The notes under the pieces were generated by a model. It worked only from the letters and a program-made list of their open reading frames with translations, ran no database searches and was not told the origin of the DNA. Shown here piece after piece: positions 56,989 through 64,000 of a DNA stretch of 64,000 nt (position 1 is its first letter; each line of letters begins with the position of its first letter). Made by a program: the position numbers and the translations under genes. The DNA comes from a virus, in IMG/VR virus record IMGVR_UViG_3300025000_000005, positions 26,779 to 90,778 of that record. One strand, 5' to 3'.

Positions 56989-57916
56989 CACTATCCCTCC
57001 CAAACAAGATTATTTTTGCCTCGGCCGCGGCCGCCATATTGTGCTCCATGCGTTGTGTAGCCCTGTTCCTGACCGCGCACTTGCGGTTTCGGTATTGCCC
57101 ATTCACGATCTTGCCGAAGTTTTTCGGACCCACTATCCAGCCGAGACTTGCCTGGAATTCGTTGACTCGGCCCATCAGGAAGTCCGAAGTCGCTACCTCC
57201 TCGGTGATAAAATTCCGCCACCATTCGACGGATTGACGCTCCTCGCATTCCCGCCACCGGGATCGGAGATTTTTTTTATTCGTCTCATTCCAGAGTTTGA
57301 CGCGATTAAGCTCAGGGCAGACTTCGTGATAGGCGTCGATGATTTCCTGATGGGGGCAATTATCGATTTGGGCTTTGGATTTTTCCGACTCGCACTCGTC
57401 ATCCGAAACTTTCGGTGACGAATACATGTCGTTAGACATGTATTTTCTTTTATCTGTATCTGTATCTGTATCTGTATCTGTATCTGTATCTGTATCTGTA
57501 TCTATAACGTGACAATTCTGTTTCAACGGCGTTTCTGAAACGTTTCCTGTTTTTTTATCCTTATTTTCTCGGAACTTACGAACACGGGCAGTTGACGAAT
57601 CACTGTCAAATTGACGCTTTCCCCAATTTGTTATTGATACAGTTTTCTTGCAAATCGAGTCGTTTTTCCTGCATTTTGGGGTTTCACGGAAGGTTACAAT
57701 TCCGATGCTAAAAAGTTTCTGTAACGCCGATGAAACGTTTCTTCTTAGTTTCCATTCAAGCTCGGTTTCGTCCATGCCTGTATCCCCATCTGAACCATTC
57801 TCACAGGCAAGGCAAAGCAGCTCAACCCATGTCCTAAAATCTTGATCCGACAGAGTTCCTATTTTTGGATCCTCTATCATTTCTGAATACATCCGGAACC
57901 ACGGCATCCCCTTCAT
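56975..57916 (-). CDS. Phage replication initiator (replisome organiser)
   Basis: MPWFRMYSEM..DPKI..WVELLCLA..NWGKRQFDSDSSTARVRKFR..W+V.PKNFGKIVNGQY. Confidence 0.85.
   Translation of the reverse strand: MKGMPWFRMYSEMIEDPKIGTLSDQDFRTWVELLCLACENGSDGDTGMDETELEWKLRRNVSSALQKLFSIGIVTFRETPKCRKNDSICKKTVSITNWGKRQFDSDSSTARVRKFRENKDKKTGNVSETPLKQNCHVIDTDTDTDTDTDTDTDTDKRKYMSNDMYSSPKVSDDECESEKSKAQIDNCPHQEIIDAYHEVCPELNRVKLWNETNKKNLRSRWRECEERQSVEWWRNFITEEVATSDFLMGRVNEFQASLGWIVGPKNFGKIVNGQYRNRKCAVRNRATQRMEHNMAAAAEAKIILFGRDSDDEG
57451..57503. repeat. (TATCTG)x8 microsatellite encoding a DT repeat
   Basis: Eight perfect hexamers at 57451-57498 plus a partial unit. Confidence 0.95.
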
Positions 57917-57939
57917 GGGCGCCTCCAATATTTAAATTG

Positions 57940-58677
57940 TTATGCCGCCAAACGTTTCTGTAAGAATTCCCGGCTCAACCAATCCATGCCGGCCGGGGTG
58001 ACGAATGTCTGTGAAAATGTCTTTGCACATTCGTCACCCAGGATTTCAACCATCCTCGTTTTTGCCTTGACGACAAAATACCCGCGGTTGATATAGGTCT
58101 GGTTCGGAATGTTCTTTTTATCGAGGTAATATAGGACTTTGGCTTTTCTTAAAGCTCGGAGGAAGCTGTTTGGCGGTTGGCCCAGGGCTTTTGCTGAGGC
58201 GCGTAGGGTGAGAAGCCCGTCCGATTCAACCATGGTCTGGTAGGCAATCATCTTTGGCCGGTTCTTTTCGATTGTAGACTCTGCTTCTATGCGTTTCTTC
58301 TCGGAGTCAAGGCACATCTGGAGTAGCTCTATCCGGCTCGGCTCTTTGATCTGGTACGACCCTTTCTTTCGGATTGACGGAATAACCTCCTCAAAAACCC
58401 ATGCCTCAAATTTAACAGACGATTCGAGTTGTGATCCTGCGATGAGTCGGTATAAATCTGGTTCGCTGATTATCCTGGCGTTTTGGGTTCTTCCAAGGAT
58501 ATCAACGATGGGGTGGTGTTTCACCACCCCACGACAATGCTGTTTTATCGCATTGTTACTGTCTTTATACCCAAGAATTTCAGCAGAATCTTTAGCCACG
58601 AACCACGGGTTACCATTTTCGTCATTGATAACCCTGATTGGTTTTGATCCAAATTTAAACGGGATTATTTCGTTCAT
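57940..58677 (-). CDS. Bro-N/KilA-C antirepressor
   Basis: PWFVAKD..LGY..ISEPDLYRLI..WVFEEVIPSIRKKGSY; C-terminal YINRGYF..VTPAG. Confidence 0.9.
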   Translation of the reverse strand: MNEIIPFKFGSKPIRVINDENGNPWFVAKDSAEILGYKDSNNAIKQHCRGVVKHHPIVDILGRTQNARIISEPDLYRLIAGSQLESSVKFEAWVFEEVIPSIRKKGSYQIKEPSRIELLQMCLDSEKKRIEAESTIEKNRPKMIAYQTMVESDGLLTLRASAKALGQPPNSFLRALRKAKVLYYLDKKNIPNQTYINRGYFVVKAKTRMVEILGDECAKTFSQTFVTPAGMDWLSREFLQKRLAA

Positions 58678-59017
58678 TTTTCATCATCCTTCCCCTGTGG
58701 TGCCTGACGATGCTACCGGAAACACCAAGGTCAATTGCGATTTGACTGCAAGGCAAATCGGGGTTCTTTTTCAACGCGCGAAGCACCGCTGTTTTTTTCG
58801 GGGTGATCCGCTCTCTTTTTCCCCTCGGAATGGTGGGAATTCCGTGACGCTGCATGAAATGGTAAACCGATTTATGGTTGATGACGAGACGATCCGCCAC
58901 GCCATAGGCGCCGTTAAGCCGATCATATAAATCTTCGATCATGGCCTTGCCGGATTTATACCTGGTGCCGTGCTCGATGTTGTGGCGTTCGGCGAGGAAT
59001 TCGTAGTCTATCGTCAT
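58655..59017 (-). CDS. HTH DNA-binding protein
   Basis: Two HTH-like segments, e.g. SQIAIDLGVSGSIVRHH. Confidence 0.7.
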   Translation of the reverse strand: MTIDYEFLAERHNIEHGTRYKSGKAMIEDLYDRLNGAYGVADRLVINHKSVYHFMQRHGIPTIPRGKRERITPKKTAVLRALKKNPDLPCSQIAIDLGVSGSIVRHHRGRMMKNERNNPV

Positions 59018-59184
59018 GGTTTTAATACCCTCATAACTATACCGGCCGAATAACCGATGAGGAGAACCAAAATAAAAAACGTTGTCGCTGAGAAAAAAGG
59101 ACTTTGCTGGTATCCATCCTTCAAACTCTTAACCGCTATAACCGACGAGCAAATAACCCAAAGCAATAATTGAAGACACCTCAT
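59014..59184 (-). CDS. 56-aa two-TM membrane protein
   Basis: Hand translation MRCLQLLLWVICSSVIAV...FFILVLLIGYSAGIVMRVLKP; RBS GGAGG; ATGA coupling. Confidence 0.5.
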   Translation of the reverse strand: MRCLQLLLWVICSSVIAVKSLKDGYQQSPFFSATTFFILVLLIGYSAGIVMRVLKP

Positions 59185-59194
59185 GAAAGCCTCC

Positions 59195-60262
59195 CTATTT
59201 TTTAGAATTCAAATGCCAATCCATTAAAATCGTCCATGCAGTTGCCGCCTGGAGTGGCACTTGACCGTTGCCGAGTGCTTTGATACGCGAGCCTTTATTG
59301 CCGTGTACCCAATCGGAAACCCCATGTACCATTCCGCGAATCCCGGCGTCAGGTGGTGACCAGTTGTGTGCTTGAGTGTATCCCGCAACGGCCTGGATCG
59401 CTTCTGCGTCTGACAGTTGTAACCATCCAAGCTGTACGGCGATTTGTAGTCTGTCGCGCAGAGTGTCGACAGGGTCGTTATTGCCGTCCTGAGATTCATA
59501 CAACCGGTCCGCTTGTCGCTTATTCCGGGACCGCCCGATCCGTCCGATTTTGTTAATGTCGGCAACATCTTCAGTGCTGTTTTTATACCCACCTGCACTT
59601 TCTTGCCTTCCGGAGTCTGTCCGGTTATCGATGTCCCCGGTGGGACTGTTCGGTCGCCCGATATTTCCGATGACAGAAGAGTGGGCATCCTTTTCATCGC
59701 GGTTGCCAAACCATCCCCACTGTTCAAGCTTGCGCCTTTCTTGTTCCAGTTGCCGCATACCGTTGGCGTTGGCAGCAAGGCACCACCATCTATTCCTTTG
59801 ATGACCCGCGCCGACATGAGAGGCCGCAAGGGTTCCATCATGGGGTGTATATCCTCTTTTCCAGAATTCGTTATGGATGACATCCCGTCCTTTTGTTTTG
59901 ATATTTGGGGAATTTTCGAGGAAAACGAGTCCGGGCTGAACAATGTCAACTGCTCGCCAGACCTCCGAAATGAGGCCACTTCGCTTTCCTGAGAGCCCAC
60001 ACCCTGGCCCAGCAACGCTAATATCTTGGCAAGGGAAGCCCGCTGAGATCTGATCCACCCTTCCCGCCCATGGGGATGGATCAAACAGCTTGACGTCTCC
60101 TTCCCACACGTGCAATCCAGGAAACCATCCGTCCGTAACCCGCTCTCTGAGCACGGCGCAGCAATATCCGTCAATTTCGACGGCGCACACTGGTTCGTGC
60201 CCCAAAATGAGGTCTGCAAGAATACCCCCTCCCGCACCTGCGAATAGGTGCATCGTTTTCAT
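59195..60262 (-). CDS. C5-cytosine DNA methyltransferase, alpha chain (motifs I-VIII, X)
   Basis: HLFAGAGG, GFPCQDIS, ENSPNI, HQRNRWW, RIKALGNGQVP. Confidence 0.9.
   Translation of the reverse strand: MKTMHLFAGAGGGILADLILGHEPVCAVEIDGYCCAVLRERVTDGWFPGLHVWEGDVKLFDPSPWAGRVDQISAGFPCQDISVAGPGCGLSGKRSGLISEVWRAVDIVQPGLVFLENSPNIKTKGRDVIHNEFWKRGYTPHDGTLAASHVGAGHQRNRWWCLAANANGMRQLEQERRKLEQWGWFGNRDEKDAHSSVIGNIGRPNSPTGDIDNRTDSGRQESAGGYKNSTEDVADINKIGRIGRSRNKRQADRLYESQDGNNDPVDTLRDRLQIAVQLGWLQLSDAEAIQAVAGYTQAHNWSPPDAGIRGMVHGVSDWVHGNKGSRIKALGNGQVPLQAATAWTILMDWHLNSKK
59224..60237 (-). CDS. C5 MTase beta chain in a nested frame (TRD repeats + motif IX); start uncertain
   Basis: 337-codon open frame with LLPTPT/RMPTLL/MLPTLT/TLSTLC repeats and LTPGFAEWYMGFPIGYT. 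Confidence 0.75.
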   Translation of the reverse strand: MREGVFLQTSFWGTNQCAPSKLTDIAAPCSESGLRTDGFLDCTCGKETSSCLIHPHGREGWIRSQRASLAKILALLGQGVGSQESEVASFRRSGEQLTLFSPDSFSSKIPQISKQKDGMSSITNSGKEDIHPMMEPLRPLMSARVIKGIDGGALLPTPTVCGNWNKKGASLNSGDGLATAMKRMPTLLSSEISGDRTVPPGTSITGQTPEGKKVQVGIKTALKMLPTLTKSDGSGGPGISDKRTGCMNLRTAITTLSTLCATDYKSPYSLDGYNCQTQKRSRPLRDTLKHTTGHHLTPGFAEWYMGFPIGYTAIKARVSKHSATVKCHSRRQLHGRF

Positions 60263-60648
60263 AACGGTTTCGAAAACCAGCAGAGAGCACGATGGTTAAA
60301 ATCCGTGCCACCAGGTTTCTTCCAGAATTTAAATGACCGCTTACCAGAGCGATCAACCTCCGATGTCGTTATGTTCGTAAGGACGATCCCCCCATCATGC
60401 CGCTCCGTGGATTTGCCGTCCTTGTCGATTCGGCACGCGATATAGACCATGCGGAAATCAGCGATTGGCGTACCGTTTTCGTAGCCACAAAACAGTTCAC
60501 ACCCAATTTTTGAGATCATGACATCGTGAGACGTTTTCCATTCACCCCAAAGCGTAGACACGATATCGCCATGCTTAAAGATGGCGTTTCCCTTGATGAA
60601 CTTAAAAGCCTCTTTTTCGAGTAATTTGTGTAATTCCATCAGTGCCAC
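60259..60648 (-). CDS. Hypothetical protein
   Basis: ORF in operon. Confidence 0.55.
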   Translation of the reverse strand: MALMELHKLLEKEAFKFIKGNAIFKHGDIVSTLWGEWKTSHDVMISKIGCELFCGYENGTPIADFRMVYIACRIDKDGKSTERHDGGIVLTNITTSEVDRSGKRSFKFWKKPGGTDFNHRALCWFSKPL

Positions 60649-60980
60649 TCCTCATCGTCATCACGCTCAAATGGGCCGAAACTTTGAAAATGGCCTATTT
60701 GTAGAGATTGTTGATCGGAAGGGAGTATCCACGGCTCAATAGGCACATAATCAATAATTGGGATAACGGCGAGAACCGTTTTTTCGTCAGTCGGCGCGAT
60801 TGAGTAGATCGCGCCGTGCCCGAAAAGTTTCGAAAAAGCTTGCTTACCGTTCACAGCGGGAACATCGACCCTCAGCATGCTAACCCCGGCGACGGGTTGC
60901 TCCGAGCATAGGCCGGCTATTTTTTGATGCCCGAATAGGTCTATTATCGCCCAGCCGGTAAAGCCTTTAATCTCTTCCAT
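60639..60980 (-). CDS. Conserved-looking phage hypothetical protein
   Basis: WAIIDLFGHQKIAG..MLRVDVP..AIYSIAP; RBS AGGAG. Confidence 0.7.
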   Translation of the reverse strand: MEEIKGFTGWAIIDLFGHQKIAGLCSEQPVAGVSMLRVDVPAVNGKQAFSKLFGHGAIYSIAPTDEKTVLAVIPIIDYVPIEPWILPSDQQSLQIGHFQSFGPFERDDDEEWH

Positions 60981-61028
60981 GTGATAAATCTCCTTTCAGT
61001 TTGTTATTTCGGACTTGGTGCCGTAGAA

Positions 61029-61868
61029 TCACCTGCTTATAGTGGACATTTTTGTTTTGTATGCTGCTGGCCTTGACCACGTTCGTTGCAGATTCAACCA
61101 TTCTTTTGGGAAAAAACTCTTTCTCAAATCGGGACCGCGATAAAGCATTGCCATTGGCAAGAAGCCAAGCCTGTATACAGCCATAAGACGCTTTTCGGCT
61201 TGCGGGACAGTTTCCCCATTAAAACCTATGAGCACATAGGCCCTCTTTTTTTCTCGGCTAAAATCGGACATTAAGTCGGCAGCACGCTCAAGCTCTACCA
61301 ATGCGCCATGGTAGTCGCACGCGAACCATGCGAATTTAAGCCTAATTGTTTTTAGTAGTTCAACGTGCCACGGCTGGAGAAGTGTAGCGTCAAGCCCGCC
61401 ACTAAATTTTATAGGCACGGGTTGTTTCTTTAGCATTTCAAAAACGGATTCTACATGTGGTCTGGAGCAAGCCAAGAGGTTGTTATCAGCGATATCCCAC
61501 CCGTCAAAAATTGGCATGTGCCTAATCCATCCTTCTCTACGGGGGACAAAACACCATTCGCAATTCTTAGTACAACCCCGACTTGTTATAGCGATCCCTG
61601 GCTTGACAAACCTCCCCGGAATAAAAATTCCGCCCTTATCATCATATGCTGGTCCACCGGTTTTGACGTCTGAATAAAATCTTTCCCATGATCGTTTTAA
61701 CCGTTCGCACTCTTCAATGTCCCAAGTAAAAACGCATGATATCCTGACCGGAAAATCCTCTTTAGGCCTAAACAATGGTGGATCGCCTATAAACGAAAGG
61801 CTATCCGCTGGTGTCCAGCTTGTTCTTCTCGGGAAAACCCGTATTATATTGATTACTTGCGCCATCAT
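61029..61868 (-). CDS. Radical-SAM-like protein
   Basis: TSRGCTKNCEWCFVP (CxxxCxxC), DNNLLA, GGLD, YVLIGF. Confidence 0.8.
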   Translation of the reverse strand: MMAQVINIIRVFPRRTSWTPADSLSFIGDPPLFRPKEDFPVRISCVFTWDIEECERLKRSWERFYSDVKTGGPAYDDKGGIFIPGRFVKPGIAITSRGCTKNCEWCFVPRREGWIRHMPIFDGWDIADNNLLACSRPHVESVFEMLKKQPVPIKFSGGLDATLLQPWHVELLKTIRLKFAWFACDYHGALVELERAADLMSDFSREKKRAYVLIGFNGETVPQAEKRLMAVYRLGFLPMAMLYRGPDLRKSFFPKEWLNLQRTWSRPAAYKTKMSTISR

Positions 61869-62494
61869 TCCGGATAAACCCTCATAAACCGCCCATCCCT
61901 GACCACCTTGACTCCCGGAACGATTCCGGCCTCAATAAATTTCACAAGGCACTGCCGGGCGGTTGACGGGGTATGGTAATGGTGGTCGGTGCTGGCGATC
62001 AGGTCTTTCATGCAGATCCCGGGGGATCGGCGGACCGAATTCAGTATGTTAAGGCAGGTGTTTTTAAACGGCGACCATCGGCGGCCATCGGCGTTCCCGG
62101 CTTTGGCATAGGTTTTATGCTCCGGAAGAAGCTTGGAGCGGTATTTCTCTGTCGATATACGGATAAGCTTTGGGCTGACGATCTCGTTGACTTCGCGCCT
62201 GGCCGATAAAACGCCGATGCCAAACTTTCGGCACACCTTCTCAAAAAAGAAGCTCGGCTTCGGGACTGCAACAGACACATAATTCGCGGTTCTCGACCAC
62301 CGATACGCCTGCTCAACCACCGAAAGGCTTGCCGACATCTTGCACTCGATGATCCAAACGATTTTTCCTTGAACCGCGACGATATCGGCGCACGATCCGC
62401 CTGTCATCGTGACCTCCTGATAGACGTCCCACCGCTGGTCTTGCAGCCAGAGGATGACCTTTTCAGCAAGGTCGGTTTCTTTCATCTTTTCCAT
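61865..62494 (-). CDS. PD-(D/E)xK nuclease-like protein (MmcB-like)
   Basis: EV..ADIVA..IIECK..QA motif. Confidence 0.7.
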   Translation of the reverse strand: MEKMKETDLAEKVILWLQDQRWDVYQEVTMTGGSCADIVAVQGKIVWIIECKMSASLSVVEQAYRWSRTANYVSVAVPKPSFFFEKVCRKFGIGVLSARREVNEIVSPKLIRISTEKYRSKLLPEHKTYAKAGNADGRRWSPFKNTCLNILNSVRRSPGICMKDLIASTDHHYHTPSTARQCLVKFIEAGIVPGVKVVRDGRFMRVYPE

Positions 62495-63066
62495 CAGGCT
62501 GCATCCTCGGCTGAGGTCTCAACGGATACCGGGGCGATGTCATCGCTATCGCCAGATAACGCCAAAAGGGCGAGCTTGAGCAAATAGACCGCATGATATT
62601 CAACCGGCCGAAAATCCTTTTCTCCTTGAGCCCTTACCTCTGCAATAATTTCCTCGGCTCCCGGAACATTGGTCATATCTAAAACCAACTGGCGGGATTG
62701 ATGCTGGATTTTTACTGGCGGCGGCCTTAGTGTTGAAGCGGCTGCCACAGGTTGCGCTTGTGGAGATGGGCCTTTAAATATATCCATGCGTTTCTTTTTA
62801 TCCCGCTGTTTGGCATAATGAACATCGCACAGTCCTTTTGCCAAATGTTTCCTTGAGCATCCCGGGACACTGCACGGCCTATAGGCTGACTTATCGGCAG
62901 GGGCGACCGGCTTTTTATCCGGTTCTTGCGCCTCATCGGTTGGCACTTTTGTATCCGGGAAGGTGCCGATACCGCGGACGTAATCAACACGAAGCTGGCA
63001 GTTTTTGCACTGATCACAGTTTTTATCCTCTCCCGCAAAATCGCATGTAGAGCATGGGCTTTTCAT
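62494..63066 (-). CDS. Zn-binding protein
   Basis: PCSTC..CKNC and CSVPGC..AKGLCDVHY. Confidence 0.7.
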   Translation of the reverse strand: MKSPCSTCDFAGEDKNCDQCKNCQLRVDYVRGIGTFPDTKVPTDEAQEPDKKPVAPADKSAYRPCSVPGCSRKHLAKGLCDVHYAKQRDKKKRMDIFKGPSPQAQPVAAASTLRPPPVKIQHQSRQLVLDMTNVPGAEEIIAEVRAQGEKDFRPVEYHAVYLLKLALLALSGDSDDIAPVSVETSAEDAA

Positions 63067-63096
63067 AGTCTATCCTTTCTTTAAATCTTTATTTCT

Positions 63097-63348
63097 TTAT
63101 TTCTGGCTAATTTTTTTCAGCTTTTCTATAAAATCAGCGATCTCACTCAGAGTGGGCTCTCTGAGTTTTTCGAGGCCAATTAAAGGATGCACGCCCTTAC
63201 CTGGCCGCACCCATTTTTCCCACCGAATTCCGGTCACGAGTTGGGCCTTCTCCGCCAGTGACACGGAAAAGTGTGTCCGACCGCTCTTGAGCCCATTAAT
63301 GTGTTGCTTCGTAACGCCCAAAATCCCCGCGAGTGTTACCTGTTTCAT
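63097..63348 (-). CDS. Cro-like HTH regulator
   Basis: MKQVTLAGILGVTKQHINGLKSG; start ATG 63348. Confidence 0.75.
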   Translation of the reverse strand: MKQVTLAGILGVTKQHINGLKSGRTHFSVSLAEKAQLVTGIRWEKWVRPGKGVHPLIGLEKLREPTLSEIADFIEKLKKISQK

Positions 63349-63379
63349 TCGTTCACCACCTTTCGTTTTTTTTCCAAAG

Positions 63380-63472
63380 GGTATACGTGGCTGGGTGCCC
63401 GTGTCAAGTAAATAAATAAAGTTAACTTTATTTCTTTTTTTGTTGACAGCGTGTAACTTAAAGTTGTACTTT
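63380..63472. promoter_or_regulatory. Divergent sigma70 promoters
   Basis: Minus: TTGACA (63402-07)-16-TATACC. Plus: TTGACA (63443-48)-18-TACTTT. Confidence 0.6.
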
Positions 63473-63512
63473 CTGATCATCAAGCGTGGCAACCGATCAA
63501 AAAGGAGGGGCG

Positions 63513-63758
63513 ATGAAAAGATCTTTTCGATGCAAAGTAGAACTCGACGTCGTTGTCGTTTTTGACGTCGATACTCCGGATTCTCTTGTTGATCCTCAAG
63601 GGGATTGGGCGGATGAAAAGTCCGCCACGATGGCGATAACGAAAGCCATTGCGGTACGGCAGAATGTCCAGGTGTTCGGGCCTAATATCGACCCGGCAGT
63701 CGTTATTGTGGATAACATAGGAATGAATATTAACGAAGGCGTGGAGGTCATGGCATGA
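63513..63758 (+). CDS. Hypothetical early protein
   Basis: ATG after AAGGAGG. Confidence 0.65.
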   Translation: MKRSFRCKVELDVVVVFDVDTPDSLVDPQGDWADEKSATMAITKAIAVRQNVQVFGPNIDPAVVIVDNIGMNINEGVEVMA

Positions 63759-63910
63759 AACTTTTTATGAAGGGGAATAAAAAACAGTTAAGAGCGGTAC
63801 TGGCTTACTTGCGGGAGTGCAATTCCCGGTTTGTCGCCGCATGTGTGGCGGCTGATCCGGAGAAGGTGGGTTCAGTATTCAACAACGCGGTTTTTCAGGT
63901 TATAAAATAA
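63755..63910 (+). CDS. 51-aa hypothetical protein
   Basis: Hand translation MKLFMKGNKKQLRAV...; ATGA coupling. Confidence 0.45.
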   Translation: MKLFMKGNKKQLRAVLAYLRECNSRFVAACVAADPEKVGSVFNNAVFQVIK

Positions 63911-64000
63911 AGTTTTCTTTTTATCTTTATTAATTTAAAAGGAGTTAGACCAATGGCAAACGGAAACGATCATTCAAAAACACCTTACGAATTGGCGGGG

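Noticed and set aside
1-64000. tRNA/rRNA genes, IS elements, integrase, cas genes
   Set aside because: None recognisable by eye; tRNAscan or HMM searches would be needed to exclude divergent ones.

Overview
The window is about 64 kb of a P1-like (Punavirus-type) myophage or prophage genome, almost entirely on the minus strand. The host is probably an anaerobic Gram-negative bacterium (inference). From recalled P1 protein sequences (no database search was run) I recognise the virion-packaged antirestriction set (ulx, darB, hxr-like, ddrB, ddrA, darA, hdf). Also present are the fibre, baseplate and tail genes (16, bplA, pmgA, sit, pmgB, tub, pmgC, bplB, pmgG, 21, 22, 5, 6, 24, 7, 25, 26), major capsid 23, mat and terminase pacA/pacB. 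These are joined to a lambdoid-style early and replication block (Cro-like HTH, Bro-N antirepressor, initiator, loader, SSB, helicase, VRR-NUC, methyltransferases). The top finding is an island inserted between genes 7 and 25. It holds an opposite-strand acr/aca-like operon followed by a cas-less CRISPR mini-array (three 37-bp repeats, two 35-bp spacers). Spacer 2 is a synonymously recoded version of this phage's own gene 25 (27/35 nt; FDRKARSARKKY vs FDRKARSARKRY). It therefore appears aimed at a close relative, and its mismatches to self cluster on the putative PAM-proximal side. Other notable items are a C5 methyltransferase split over two nested frames, a stand-alone NrdD glycyl-radical domain inside the tail operon, a probable +1 frameshift in pmgB, a duplicated chimeric gp16, tandem periplasmic paralogues behind the tail lysozyme, and 8-bp-period CTTTAWWW arrays in at least 12 intergenic regions.
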